NCBI GenBank assembly: GCA_050012255.1
Contig: JBEKHN010000006.1
Location: 45,454-109,453 of the forward strand
Direction of reading: 5' to 3'
DNA: 64,000 bases
Source: Candidatus Bathyarchaeia archaeon
GTDB taxonomy: Archaea > Thermoproteota > Bathyarchaeia > Bathyarchaeales > Bathycorpusculaceae
The notes under the pieces are model-generated. The model was not told the origin of the DNA, did no database searches, and saw nothing but the letters and a program-made list of their open reading frames with translations. Position numbers and translations under genes: made by a program. Of this stretch, positions 41,040 through 51,382 are shown one piece after another. Within the stretch, counting starts at the first letter, position 1, and each line of letters begins with the position of its first letter.

Positions 41040-41441
41040 TTAGACTCTTCTTCCCCTTCTGCCGCCTGGCCTCCTTGTGCCATCATGCGGGATAGGTGTA
41101 ACCTCTTCTATCCGTTCTATCCGGAAGCCTGCCCTTGCTAGCGCTCTGATCGCTGCCTGAGCGCCTGGTCCAGGCGTTCTTGGACCTGCGCCTCCCGGAG
41201 CTCTCACCTTGATGTGTATCGCGGTTATGCCCTTGTCCTTGGCCGCGTCAGCCGCCAGCGAAGCTGCACGCATTGCAGCGTACGGCGAAGATTCCATCCT
41301 GTCGGCTTTCACAACCATGCCTCCAGACGTTCTGGCTATTGTTTCTGCACCAGAGATGTCGGTCATGTGGATTATTGTGTTGTTATAGGAGCTGAAAATG
41401 TGAACAACCGCATATTTTTCGGTCTTCTTGCTGGAACTCAA
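41040..41441 (-). CDS. rps11: 30S ribosomal protein S11
   Basis: [36 protein letters not shown]. Confidence 0.97.
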   Translation of the reverse strand: MSSSKKTEKYAVVHIFSSYNNTIIHMTDISGAETIARTSGGMVVKADRMESSPYAAMRAASLAADAAKDKGITAIHIKVRAPGGAGPRTPGPGAQAAIRALARAGFRIERIEEVTPIPHDGTRRPGGRRGRRV

Positions 41442-42013
41442 AAGCCCTCTCCCTCCCCTCTTACCTTCTCGCGGCTAGCCTGTGACTGGGGCGCCACAGT
41501 TATTGTCTGGCGCAAAGGGTGACTTGGATTTGCAAGTGAGCTTTGAGTCATGTAGTCTATTTGGCCCTCTTCAGGCTTTGTCACCATACGACCAGGTATC
41601 TTAACCCTCTGGCCCCCTATCGTTACGTGTCCATGAGTAATAAGCTGACGGGATTGTTGGATCGTCTTTGCTAGGCCCTTACGCAAGACGATCGTTTGCA
41701 GTCTTCGTTCAAGGATGTCTTCTATCGTCATGTCCAGAACGTCGTCCAAGACTGCCGTTTCAGGAAGAATGCCCAGCCTCTTCAAACGGGTTAAGAGTTC
41801 TTCCTCCATTTTCTTGCGTTCCTCAGGTGTCTTGCCTATGAGCGAGCGTGCCGTGCCCCTGAACGTCGACAGCATCGTTTCTTGCCGCCAAAGTTCATGC
41901 TTGTTTCTCAAACCGTACTGGCCAATTAGCTTAAGCTCTTCCTGCATTATGTCTGTTCGCCATGGAAATCGCGGAGTATCGTACTTCTTTCTCTGCTTCC
42001 TAGGGTCGCCCAT
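41438..42013 (-). CDS. rps4: 30S ribosomal protein S4
   Basis: [26 protein letters not shown]. Confidence 0.97.
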   Translation of the reverse strand: MGDPRKQRKKYDTPRFPWRTDIMQEELKLIGQYGLRNKHELWRQETMLSTFRGTARSLIGKTPEERKKMEEELLTRLKRLGILPETAVLDDVLDMTIEDILERRLQTIVLRKGLAKTIQQSRQLITHGHVTIGGQRVKIPGRMVTKPEEGQIDYMTQSSLANPSHPLRQTITVAPQSQASREKVRGEGEGF

Positions 42014-42495
42014 TACTTCTTACTCTCCGCGGCACCCGGCCTTTGCATGAGCGTTTTCTTCTTAACCCCAAGAGCCTTGCCTGCCCTGCCAGTGGTCTTG
42101 GTTCTCTGACCCCGCACCTTCAGCCCGTAAGCGTGCCTGTATCCACGCCAAGACTTTATCGACTTCATCTGGTCTATGTCCATCTTGGTCCTCAGAACGA
42201 GCCCAGCGCTGATCAAATGTCCATCCTTTCCGGTTTCCGCGTCTTTCCGTCTGTTCAAAAGCCAGCTTGGCAAACCGTGCGATGCCGGGTCCTTAATTAT
42301 CTCTTCCACCGAATCTATTTCCGTTTCCGTAAGAAAACCTGCCCTCTTGTTCGGGTTTATTCCCGCCTTCTTCAGTATCGCGTTTCCCAAGCTCAGACTG
42401 ATCCCTTTGACTTTTGACAGCGCGTAAGACACTTTCAACGTGCCGTCAACGTCAGCGTCTATTATTCTGAGCCTGTACCTGAACTCCTCTGACAT
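42013..42495 (-). CDS. rps13: 30S ribosomal protein S13
   Basis: WLLNRRKD, RGYRH..GLKVRGQRTKTTGR. Confidence 0.97.
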   Translation of the reverse strand: MSEEFRYRLRIIDADVDGTLKVSYALSKVKGISLSLGNAILKKAGINPNKRAGFLTETEIDSVEEIIKDPASHGLPSWLLNRRKDAETGKDGHLISAGLVLRTKMDIDQMKSIKSWRGYRHAYGLKVRGQRTKTTGRAGKALGVKKKTLMQRPGAAESKK

Positions 42496-42695
42496 TCATC
42501 GTCATCCATTATTGACCGAAGCTACCTAGAGATAAACCGTATTTTATTTAAGAATATCGGTCTCCCAACAAGACTTCATGCTTCCCGCCGACTCTCCGTG
42601 AACAGTTTTGCCCCTTCATTTTGAAACATGTTCACGTTTTCTTTTGTCAACCCTCTAGTGTTTAGTCCAACGCATCCTGCACGTTCGGGGGCCCA

Positions 42696-44060
42696 CTAGG
42701 GATTCGTTTTCCCGAAGTTCTCGGCCATGATTATTGCATCGTAGATGTCCACTGCGTTATCACCGTTGATATCCGCGTTAGGGTTCCAGTTTGAGTTACC
42801 AGAAGAAGAGTTAAACGCGTTAGCCAATATGATTGCGTCGTATATGTCCACGCTTCTGTCGCCGTTCAAGTCGCCTGGAATTGTGATGGTTACCAAGCCA
42901 TCAACACGCGAGTTGTCTGATGTGTCCGTTTCCCCCGAAACAGGACCAGCACTGGCGCTCACATTATATTTGCCCTTTGTCATGTTCACGGTGCTACTGT
43001 TAAAGATAAGTTCTGCTTCCTCTGCACTTGCAAGAGTTACCATCTGTGTTCCAACGAGTGTCGCGTTAGCGTAAGCTGTGACGTTGAACGTTTCACTGAA
43101 CACTCCGTAGTCTTTCACGAAGACTCCTATGCTCATGTTATAGCCTTGACCTACAACCGTTTTCAACAGTATCAAACCGATAACGGCTATATCATGGCCC
43201 GGAGTAAGTATGGTAACCGGCGTATTTGCTATTCCCGTATTGTTTCCCGTGTTCACTTCTCCCGGGGCAAGGCTTACTGAAGCCGAGATTTTGTAGTCTC
43301 CTTTTCCAAAGCCGGAGGTGTTCCACGTGAAGGCAAGGTTTGCAGAAGAACCGATAGTCAAGTAGACTGGCTGCATCCCGATGACCTGCGAGTTGGCGTA
43401 GACTGTGACGTTGAAGTTCTCGTCGAAACCGCCTAGGTCCTGAACAGTGACGTTGATGCCCACGAGAGTTCCGATAGGCACTGCGGTGGGTGAAACTTGA
43501 ACATCCTTGACTGCTACGTCATGTGGGGAGGTGAAGTAGCCGTAGCCGCCCACAACTTGGCATGGGATATCCGTCGGATTGGTGGAGTTGCCATCCACTA
43601 GTGTCGCATTGTACAAGTGTAAAGAAGATTGGCCTACATCTTTAACGTAGAAGGTTAATGTGGCCAATATTCCATCGCCATTGACTCCCGGGGCTGCTCC
43701 TTCTAGCGTGCAGTCCACTATCATGTGACCTTGCGTGCCGCTGTTGTAAGTGAAGAAAGTCGTGCCGCCGGCCTTCAAGAATGGACCTTCGATGATGTCA
43801 ACCGAGTCCAGCAGGGATGCAGTCCAGTTAAGCGTGAACTCCCAACCGTAGACGCCGTAAGGGTCTGAAACGTTTCCGACTGTGACGTTTACGCTGAAGC
43901 TTTGGCCGACGCTGGCTGTTATAGATGGAGGAGATACAGCAACTGTTGCAGAACCTGCCTGAGCTGAGCATTCAAGTACGGAAACTGGTAACATAACCGA
44001 GAAGAGGCACAAGACAAGGCAGACGCATATTGAACATTCTTCATGCCTGCCTCTCTTCAT
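42696..44060 (-). CDS. Secreted cohesin + two CARDB/Ig-like repeats + dockerin protein
   Basis: Signal peptide; cohesin-like FSVNVTV..VYGWEFTLNW...GDGILATLTF; two HD(V/I)AV...E.FNVT.YAN repeats; GDLNGDRSVDIYD and ADINGDNAVDIYD Ca-binding loops. Confidence 0.85.
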   Translation of the reverse strand: MKRGRHEECSICVCLVLCLFSVMLPVSVLECSAQAGSATVAVSPPSITASVGQSFSVNVTVGNVSDPYGVYGWEFTLNWTASLLDSVDIIEGPFLKAGGTTFFTYNSGTQGHMIVDCTLEGAAPGVNGDGILATLTFYVKDVGQSSLHLYNATLVDGNSTNPTDIPCQVVGGYGYFTSPHDVAVKDVQVSPTAVPIGTLVGINVTVQDLGGFDENFNVTVYANSQVIGMQPVYLTIGSSANLAFTWNTSGFGKGDYKISASVSLAPGEVNTGNNTGIANTPVTILTPGHDIAVIGLILLKTVVGQGYNMSIGVFVKDYGVFSETFNVTAYANATLVGTQMVTLASAEEAELIFNSSTVNMTKGKYNVSASAGPVSGETDTSDNSRVDGLVTITIPGDLNGDRSVDIYDAIILANAFNSSSGNSNWNPNADINGDNAVDIYDAIIMAENFGKTNP

Positions 44061-44147
44061 AGTGCTACTGCTTCCATATCAAACCAGTGTATAATCGCGG
44101 CTAATTTACGTTGTTCTCGAAAAAAAGAAGAGGAAATGGTTTAGAGT

Positions 44148-45008
44148 TTAGCCCTGTATGTTTGCAGCAATCGTTGTTAGGTCGCCGATGTCGATTTTAC
44201 CGTCGCCGTTCAAGTCTAAGCTAGAGTCGTAGTTTCCGAACCCTGGTGCCTCCCCATAGTGCTTGGCCACCTTCACGAGATCGTTTATGTCAACTTTGCC
44301 ACGCGGGTTACCTTGTGCGTCGCCTAGGTCACATATGTTCAACTCATGGGTCCACTCTATCCCTTTCCGCGCGAAGCCGCTCAGCGTCCCCACGCCGTCA
44401 ATGCTTAGCGCGAACTTTCCTATCCACCCATAAACTCCTCCCCAGTCGGCAACGAGTGTACCGTTTGCGTTGGTAGCCACAGGGGTATCCGTCCATGTGA
44501 CTGTTATCTGTCTCATATGTTCGCCCCATGTTATGTTGATGGTCTGTGTCCTTTCTGAGACATTCCAGTAGCCCGCTAAGTAGAAGTCATGACCTGTCTC
44601 TGTCTTGTTAAAGCCTAGCTCAGTAACGTTGAGTAACCTTGCAGTGTAGAAGGAAAACGTGTAGGAGAAATTTCCCATTTCCGTTTCACTGACGTTGACC
44701 TCGCCTAGTGGATGGTCACCCAACGGGTAGGCGCGCATGATATCCGACCAAGTCGCGTGCGCCATGGCCCACTCGTGAACTGTGCCATTCTTGTTTACTA
44801 CTGCAGCGTTGGCCACGATCCAGCCAAAGGTCTTAGTCGTGTTTCCATTGGTCATATTCCATTGGGTGATATATCCATTCATTCGAACCCACGTGCCCTG
44901 TGATTGGACATCTGCATTAGCAAAATTCGGAACGAAGCTAAAGACGCTCATTGCCATCATTGCAAGCATGATTCCAGTTATTGCCTTTTTCATATGTTTT
45001 CGCTCCAA
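44148..45008 (-). CDS. Secreted beta-rich protein with C-terminal dockerin/EF-hand pair
   Basis: Signal peptide; GKVDINDL and DLNGDGKIDIGDL. Confidence 0.8.
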   Translation of the reverse strand: MERKHMKKAITGIMLAMMAMSVFSFVPNFANADVQSQGTWVRMNGYITQWNMTNGNTTKTFGWIVANAAVVNKNGTVHEWAMAHATWSDIMRAYPLGDHPLGEVNVSETEMGNFSYTFSFYTARLLNVTELGFNKTETGHDFYLAGYWNVSERTQTINITWGEHMRQITVTWTDTPVATNANGTLVADWGGVYGWIGKFALSIDGVGTLSGFARKGIEWTHELNICDLGDAQGNPRGKVDINDLVKVAKHYGEAPGFGNYDSSLDLNGDGKIDIGDLTTIAANIQG

Positions 45009-45364
45009 TTTCCTTAAACCATTTAGTAGACGTGAAATAAAAGCATTTCTGAGGTGCTTTTCCGTTTTTATTGCTTGTAATCGTTTATTTCAGTTCAATA
45101 TAGTTCATCTTAGTCTTATTTTGGTTCAGAAGCGCAATTCTTGACTCTTAGTATCTTCGCAGCGGAAAGATTGGATTCTTACAAGAAGGCCCAACAAGTG
45201 CCAAAGCAATGTGTTCCCAAAGCTCAGAGCGGCTCATTGGCGGTTCGATGCACGATTTGCCCAGATAGCACCTCAGTGTTACAAGCAGTCGCCGCTAGAA
45301 ATTTGGATTCCGAGTTTATAATTCTTAAATACCTCCGAACCACTCTCCAACATGAAGATAACTG

Positions 45365-46288
45365 ATGAAAACTTTTATGCTGATTGCTACAGCTTCTCTA
45401 CTTCTGCTCCTAATTCCTTATGCAACAGTGCTGTGCGAAAGCCAACCCACGTACGCAATTCAAATTGGCAGCGATGGCTCGGCAAAGTGGACCGTGACCC
45501 AGACTCTAGAAATCAACTCTTCCATTGAAACCCTAGAAACGCTTCAGAACAGGATAACACTTCTTGTTGAGGCATCAGAAAGCACGACGGGAAGGGCCAT
45601 GGCTGCCAGCGTGGATTCGTTAACGTTCACGCGACCAACGAACTCCTCGTACATTGAGGCGGAATACAAGTTTCAGTGGGAAAACTTTTGCGAGATCCTA
45701 GATACGCACATTGTGATAGGCGATGTGTTTCGAAGTCCAAACTTCTTCGATCAACTCTATGGTGACGGCGAGGTTTACATAACGTACCCGCCGCAGTACG
45801 TCGTTCAAACCGTCCAGCCCGCGCCCTTTACGCGGAACGATTCCATCCAGACCCTCAAGTGGCTTGGGACGAAGGATCTCCAAAACGGCACAAGAATAGT
45901 TTTAACGCAAGAATCGACAACTCTGAGCTTCATTGACACGTTGAAAGGGAATGCAGTTCTAATTGCAGGTCTCCTGGCAATCGCCGCTGGTTCTTCGGTA
46001 GGCTTCTACATCTTCAGGCAATATAAGAAAAAGAAGAGCAAGGCTCCAGAAAACGTTGAATTCAGAAGTCTTGCGGGAATGGAGAGTGATGAAGAGAAAA
46101 CCGTGAAGCTGATCAGATCCGCAGGGGGGAGCCTCTATCAATCCGCTATCACAAATCAACTCGGATTCTCGAAGGCGAAGACCAGTCAGCTTCTAGGAAT
46201 CCTAGAGCAAAAGGGAGTGATTAGGAGATACAAGAAGGGAAGAGACAAGATAGTAGTCCTTCTGGAAAAAGACAAGAGTGAAATATGA
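45365..46288 (+). CDS. Membrane-spanning protein with extracellular domain and C-terminal winged HTH
   Basis: Signal peptide, TM followed by KKKK, then GGSLYQSAI...FSKAKTSQLL..LEQKG.I.R.KKGR. Confidence 0.8.
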   Translation: MKTFMLIATASLLLLLIPYATVLCESQPTYAIQIGSDGSAKWTVTQTLEINSSIETLETLQNRITLLVEASESTTGRAMAASVDSLTFTRPTNSSYIEAEYKFQWENFCEILDTHIVIGDVFRSPNFFDQLYGDGEVYITYPPQYVVQTVQPAPFTRNDSIQTLKWLGTKDLQNGTRIVLTQESTTLSFIDTLKGNAVLIAGLLAIAAGSSVGFYIFRQYKKKKSKAPENVEFRSLAGMESDEEKTVKLIRSAGGSLYQSAITNQLGFSKAKTSQLLGILEQKGVIRRYKKGRDKIVVLLEKDKSEI

Positions 46289-46989
46289 TGACGCTCAGAT
46301 TCATCAAGTCGAGAATAATCCTAATCGCTCTATTTGCCTTATTCTCTTCATCAAATTTATTCATTCGAACAAACGTTGTTCGAGGATCTCCTGAAACAGT
46401 CGTAGAGGTAGTTCCCTACACAAGCACAGCTGACGTGGGCCAATCATTCACTGTAAACATTACAGTTCTTAATGTGCAAGACCTGTACGGCGTAGAAGCT
46501 ACTGTTAACTGGAATTCGTCCGTTTTAGAACTCAGCAACGTCGACATTCGCCTAGGACACACGGATGCCGATGGAGTCCTGTACAACACCAGTTCCACTA
46601 GTCCACCTTTCATCGCTGAGAACTCAACGCAAGACGGCCAGTATGTTATTGCTGCCACATCCACGGGTCCTGCACCTTCTTTCAACGGCAGCGGAAACAT
46701 AGTCCGAATCACCTTCAACGTGACTAATTCAGGCCATTCTAACATCGATTTGGAATCCCAATTATACGATTATCCCCCACCAGACCGAGAGCCCCGCGTA
46801 TCCTTGCCAATACAACACACCACGATCGGCGGCCAGTTTAACACGACAGTTGCAGAAATCCCAAATTCGGCCATTCTACTTGTCTTCACCGTTCTAACCG
46901 TCTCAACCCTCGTGCTTTCCAAGAAGATGACCAGAAAACGTGCACCTACATCTGTTTTATCTACAAAACAAGATTTATTAACGAAGTGA
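46285..46989 (+). CDS. Cohesin-domain protein with C-terminal membrane anchor (PEF-CTERM-like)
   Basis: FTVNITV..VQDLYG...NWN...FNGSGNIVRITF; VAEIP + TM + basic tail. Confidence 0.78.
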   Translation: MMTLRFIKSRIILIALFALFSSSNLFIRTNVVRGSPETVVEVVPYTSTADVGQSFTVNITVLNVQDLYGVEATVNWNSSVLELSNVDIRLGHTDADGVLYNTSSTSPPFIAENSTQDGQYVIAATSTGPAPSFNGSGNIVRITFNVTNSGHSNIDLESQLYDYPPPDREPRVSLPIQHTTIGGQFNTTVAEIPNSAILLVFTVLTVSTLVLSKKMTRKRAPTSVLSTKQDLLTK

Positions 46990-47019
46990 AAGGCTACTAA
47001 ATACGCAAGGCCCGCCACA

Positions 47020-47526
47020 ATGAACAGAAAAACCATCATAGTTGCCTGTCTGCTTGCCATTCTCGTTGTAGTTCTAGCTTACGTGATCTTGTCCATTCCC
47101 TCGTCAACGGTGTTGTTCGTGGAGCCTAAGACCGTTCAAGGGACAACTGGCCAGGATTTCACAGTTAACGTGAGCATTTCGAACGTTGCTGATCTTTACG
47201 GTTGGCAAATTGAACTCAGTTGGAATTCGTCGCTGCTGAACTTAACAAACGTCATAGAAGGCCCGATGCTGAAAAGCAGCGGCAACAGAACGTTTTTCAG
47301 CCCCGTAGTGAACAATGCTGCAGGAAATCTTAGCGCACTTTGCACGCGTCTCCTATCGTTTGGGTCGAACGTGACTGGAGTGAGCGGACATGGAACGTTA
47401 ATGACCGTACAATTTGAAGTTATTGGAAGTGGAGCATGCGACTTGAACCTTTATGACACCCAACTGCTTGATTCAAACAGCAGGGCCATAAGTCACACGG
47501 TTCAGAGCGGTCATTTTAACGCATAG
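47020..47526 (+). CDS. Cohesin-domain protein with N-terminal membrane anchor
   Basis: FTVNVSISNVADLYGWQIELSWN...GHGTLMTVQF. Confidence 0.8.
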   Translation: MNRKTIIVACLLAILVVVLAYVILSIPSSTVLFVEPKTVQGTTGQDFTVNVSISNVADLYGWQIELSWNSSLLNLTNVIEGPMLKSSGNRTFFSPVVNNAAGNLSALCTRLLSFGSNVTGVSGHGTLMTVQFEVIGSGACDLNLYDTQLLDSNSRAISHTVQSGHFNA

Positions 47527-47958
47527 CCCGCATGCTTGTTCCTAAATTTCGTTCAGGAGGGGTGCATAGTGTTTTCCGATGGGGGATGGTTACTGTCACG
47601 GTTCGGGCTGGGCTCTTGCGCTCTCACACCCTCCCCCAGGGGTATGCTATATGAGCCAAATATGGTTGAAGAGCAGAATGAGCAGCACAAGCCACTTCCC
47701 AAAAGAATTCAGGAACACGCTAGCGCGCACCGCGCGCAGAGCATAATTCGGAATCGTGCACCATGCTTCATCGTTTTTCCATGAAAAGCCGTTCAATTGG
47801 CGTGAGAATTTTCTCGAAAGAGCCGAGCGACGCTGAGGATATTGCTAAATCTGAATGGAGATGTCTCCAGACATGTTTCAGATATCGTAATATAGGTTAA
47901 ATCTTTTAAGGATGTACGGTATAATCAGAAAGTAGAAAAAAGGAATAAGCAGGTAATA

Positions 47959-48297
47959 ATGATGAAAACAGACCGAGAAACGGAGAAGGCTAAGCACATA
48001 TTGACTGACCCTAAGCTGGCACCGATCAAGGCTATGTTGGAGAAGGACCATGCCATAGACTGCATCCTACTGCTCCACGTAAACCGTGGAAAATGGAAGG
48101 AAGCGAAGGAATTCATGCGTGAAAACAAGCTGACCCTGAGTGATGGAACTTTCAGAGCCAGGATGATCGAGATTGAACAGTTAGGGTTGGCGAAGAGCGA
48201 GAGGATAGACCCCTTGAAGAAGTACTACTTGAAGACAGAGTTTGGCGAGAAAGTTGCGAAGCTTCTGCTCGGGCTCTTCGACGAACTAGAGCATTAA
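47959..48297 (+). CDS. Putative winged-HTH regulator
   Basis: LSDGTFRARMIEIEQLGL....YYLKTEFG pattern. Confidence 0.65.
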   Translation: MMKTDRETEKAKHILTDPKLAPIKAMLEKDHAIDCILLLHVNRGKWKEAKEFMRENKLTLSDGTFRARMIEIEQLGLAKSERIDPLKKYYLKTEFGEKVAKLLLGLFDELEH

Positions 48298-48492
48298 GCC
48301 TAGAAGCCTAGCTGCTCGTTGCCGTTGCATACGTTCTTTCTTCACGTTTTTTCACTTGTTACGCTTGTTCAGCTAATGGATGCTTCCTGATTTGGTGTAT
48401 TCGTGTTTTACAGGCAGAAAATATGATGTAGTAAGTCGTAAGATTTAAATCCCTCACTTCCCCTAGCATACTTACAAGTCCCAAAAGGAGGG

Positions 48493-48945
48493 ATGAAAAC
48501 AAAAATGAGAACAAAGAGCAGAAAAGCCCTAAGCCCCGTAGTAGCCTCAATCATACTCATCGCAGTCACAGTCGCAGTCAGCATAGCCGTCGCAGCATGG
48601 ATGGGAGCCCTAACATTCGGCTTCATGGGATCCTCATCGATAACTGTAACCAACGTGGTCTTTGCTGACGTCAATGGAGTTGCAAATCAGGGAAGCGGTG
48701 CAACAACCAACATGATTATCTTAAGCTTGAAGAACACTGGAACAAAGCAGGTGACTATAGGACAGGTGAAAGTTAACAACAACATATACAACTACACCAT
48801 AGCCGCCCCGATCAATGCTGGTTCTATCTCAAGTCTGAATATTACGGCTGTTCAATGGACAAACGGAAATCCATACAAGATTGACCTGTATGATGGTAGT
48901 GGTAACGGAGTGGGCTCTACTCAGCAGAACGCGCCTGGAGCATAG
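48493..48945 (+). CDS. Archaeal type IV pilin / archaellin-like protein
   Basis: Class III signal peptide RKA|LSPVVASIILIAVTVAVSIAV. Confidence 0.9.
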   Translation: MKTKMRTKSRKALSPVVASIILIAVTVAVSIAVAAWMGALTFGFMGSSSITVTNVVFADVNGVANQGSGATTNMIILSLKNTGTKQVTIGQVKVNNNIYNYTIAAPINAGSISSLNITAVQWTNGNPYKIDLYDGSGNGVGSTQQNAPGA

Positions 48946-49031
48946 TTTCCCCTTTGCTTTGTTGAGATTAGGGGTAGGGTGAGAATGAAGTTCCCCAGTT
49001 TCCCTTTGTTTCATACGTGGAGGTGTAGTGA

Positions 49032-49457
49032 ATGACAGTTGAAATAAAAGAGTATGGTTCAGCAGTAGAGATTGCAGAAACACTGGAAAAGGAAATATCT
49101 GAAACAAAAAGCACGTTAGGCGAATACCTGCGTCGACTAGACGATATAAGGGCCTTGGCTGAAAAATCAAAGAAGATCCATGAAGTGGTCATGAAGCTCG
49201 CAGGAAAGAAAGCCGCGTCAGAGAGCCTCGGTGAAATCTCGATCGGCGCCCTAAACCTTGTTCTGGACGCAAACCCGTTCCATGAGTTGACAGCGATAGA
49301 ACAGGTTGTGCGCAGCCACCAGGAAAGGCTTCTGGTCCTGCAGAAGGCTCGTGAAGCACTGAAGTGGTTAGACCAGCTCGGAGACACTGAAGGCCTCAAG
49401 TATCTCGTAGTGGAAGACGACGGCGTTCCTGAACGAATACTCTTCAGAATTTCATAA
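49032..49457 (+). CDS. Coiled-coil hypothetical protein
   Basis: GAGGTG SD; two heptad helices flanking a short beta segment. Confidence 0.7.
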   Translation: MTVEIKEYGSAVEIAETLEKEISETKSTLGEYLRRLDDIRALAEKSKKIHEVVMKLAGKKAASESLGEISIGALNLVLDANPFHELTAIEQVVRSHQERLLVLQKAREALKWLDQLGDTEGLKYLVVEDDGVPERILFRIS

Positions 49458-49479
49458 AAAGAAATGGCGAAGTGAAAGA

Positions 49480-50277
49480 ATGGATAATGAAGTCTACGCG
49501 TTTGCCTTAAAGAACACTCTGGATGAAATACAGAAGATCTGCCCCGACATCAAGAACGCCTTCGTGCTCACGAAAAACCGTGAACTCATAGCAAGCGACG
49601 GGGACACCCCTGAAAAAACGATCACTCGCGCTGTAAACGCATTCGAAGAGATGCTGGAGAAAGCTCAGGCCATAGGCGGAGTTGAAGACGTGACGATCGA
49701 GGGCATCAACGGTAGGCTGAACGTTTCTCGACTGGACGAAATTTACCTTGTCACGGTCACTTCCAAGCAGGCAGACTTAGACTACGTGAACACGGTGACC
49801 CACGTTATCGTCCCGACGATTCTAAGGCTAATGGAGAAACTCAGCCCTGCCCCCCTCAAGAAAAACCCGCCAACGCCCGACATAGAACCCGAAGAACCAA
49901 CTGTTGAACGCGATGAAGAGCCTGAGACGGAAAAACATGAAAAGCAGTTAGAGCCTAAAGAAGAATCAGAGACGATTCTACCAGAAACACCAGTCAACCA
50001 GCTCATAGTAGAAGACCTGAAAGGCTTACTCGCACCATCAGACACGATCCGCATAGACAGCACCATAATAGAAGAATGGAACGAACTCTACGAGGACAGG
50101 ACCATAGAGGAAGCAGACATCGAAACCTTCGGCGGAAAATCAACCCGGTGCAAAGTCAAACCCATAAAAGAATCGAAGCTTGACGGACAGGGAAAGATAC
50201 AGATACCTAGCAAGGTGCAACTAACTCTGGATGTCAAGAAGGGCGAGCTCGTGAGAGTTAAGCCCGCGGTTGAATGA
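49480..50277 (+). CDS. Roadblock/LC7-like domain + acidic linker + C-terminal beta-barrel domain
   Basis: N-terminal helix-AFVL...-LVTVT pattern; P/E-rich linker; IQIPSKVQLTLDVKKGELVRVKP. Confidence 0.65.
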   Translation: MDNEVYAFALKNTLDEIQKICPDIKNAFVLTKNRELIASDGDTPEKTITRAVNAFEEMLEKAQAIGGVEDVTIEGINGRLNVSRLDEIYLVTVTSKQADLDYVNTVTHVIVPTILRLMEKLSPAPLKKNPPTPDIEPEEPTVERDEEPETEKHEKQLEPKEESETILPETPVNQLIVEDLKGLLAPSDTIRIDSTIIEEWNELYEDRTIEEADIETFGGKSTRCKVKPIKESKLDGQGKIQIPSKVQLTLDVKKGELVRVKPAVE

Positions 50278-50689
50278 TGGAGGTTCATGGATCATGGTCA
50301 AGAAAAAGAAGGACGAGCTAGAAATCACAACCGTATCAGAGCCGACACTGATCGAGACCACAGACTACGAGAGCAACTTGCGCGCAAACCTGGAAGAAAT
50401 CAAAAAATATAACGGTGTGGTAGGCTACATCCTCAGGAACACCACGTCCGCCTCGATTGACCTCAAAGACCCGGCTAAGATAATAGACTATGCGATCCTC
50501 TCTTCCACAACGTTTGACGCGACCGAAGAAGTCTCAGACCTTTTCGAGTTGGGTACACTCAAAAACATCATCGTCAACGGCAAGAACGTTAAAATGCTGT
50601 CTCTAACCGTTGAACAAAACAAGATAAGCATCTTCATGGAAAACAACGCAGACACAGAGAAAGTCTTGGAGAAGCTCAAAGCGTCTTAA
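50270..50689 (+). CDS. Roadblock/LC7-like protein
   Basis: LEEIKKYNGVVGYIL...LFELGTLKNIIV pattern. Confidence 0.7.
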   Translation: MNDGGSWIMVKKKKDELEITTVSEPTLIETTDYESNLRANLEEIKKYNGVVGYILRNTTSASIDLKDPAKIIDYAILSSTTFDATEEVSDLFELGTLKNIIVNGKNVKMLSLTVEQNKISIFMENNADTEKVLEKLKAS

Positions 50690-50838
50690 AATTTAAACAA
50701 CCCTTTCCTGCTTTTTTGCGTTTTTCGCCTCGTCTTCCTCACTAATTCAGTTTTCAGAACGTTTAAATCAACGTACTTGCATTACTATGAATGGGAGAAA
50801 GCGGTCACAAATAGCCTCAGAGAAGGGGGGCTATACCT

Positions 50839-51126
50839 GTGGGTTCATTGGTCGGTAACAAGAACGACGGCAGTAATAGCCATCGAGGAAACCTAGACAT
50901 AATCGCAGATATTCTGGACGCCTCTGAAGGAGGCAGCAAGAAAACGTGCCTGATGTACCGTTGCAACTTGAGCTTCAAACAGTTGAAGAACTACTCAAGC
51001 TTTCTACTCGGCAGCGGACTCCTGCACGTTACGAAAGAAGAAGCCAACAACGGAATGCTCCAAGTCACCGACAAGGGAAAAGAGTTCCTGCGGGCCTACA
51101 AGAACCTGAAAGCCCTCATGAAGTAG
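50839..51126 (+). CDS. Winged-HTH protein (HTH_45 / ArnR1-like)
   Basis: R..LDIIADIL...KT.LMYRCNLS...Y...L...GLL...TDKG. Confidence 0.85.
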   Translation: MGSLVGNKNDGSNSHRGNLDIIADILDASEGGSKKTCLMYRCNLSFKQLKNYSSFLLGSGLLHVTKEEANNGMLQVTDKGKEFLRAYKNLKALMK

Positions 51127-51337
51127 CTGGTTGCAACAAGAAACTTCGCACGGCTTCCTTGATCTTCATCTTGTTCTTCGAATTATCAACTGCTATGAAC
51201 TCGTATTCACTCAAGAACTCTGTGATCCGCTTGACCTGATTCTCATTCAGCCTCATCTCTTTCCGCACCTGGTCTAACGTGTGCCACTCGCCATCGCCTA
51301 GTATCTCAAGTATTTCAGCAACTCTTCTGGGCGTTAT
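51116..51337 (-). CDS. 73-aa winged-HTH-like protein with a non-canonical start (not in the ORF track)
   Basis: ITPRRVAEILEILGDGEWHTLDQVRKEMRLNENQVKRITEFLSEYEFIAVD...; GGGGAG SD followed by ATA/ACG, with an in-frame stop just upstream. Confidence 0.7.
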   Translation of the reverse strand: MTPRRVAEILEILGDGEWHTLDQVRKEMRLNENQVKRITEFLSEYEFIAVDNSKNKMKIKEAVRSFLLQPATS

Positions 51338-51382
51338 GTCTCCCCGCGAACACTACTCTCTCTGACACGTTGCTTAAAGCGT

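Noticed and set aside
24433-42427. Many antisense or alternate-frame ORFs over smc and the ribosomal/mevalonate operon
   Set aside because: Shadow ORFs of well-conserved genes, with no independent signals.
47536-47784. 82-aa ORF after the cohesin genes
   Set aside because: No recognisable features or translation signals; it cannot be supported.
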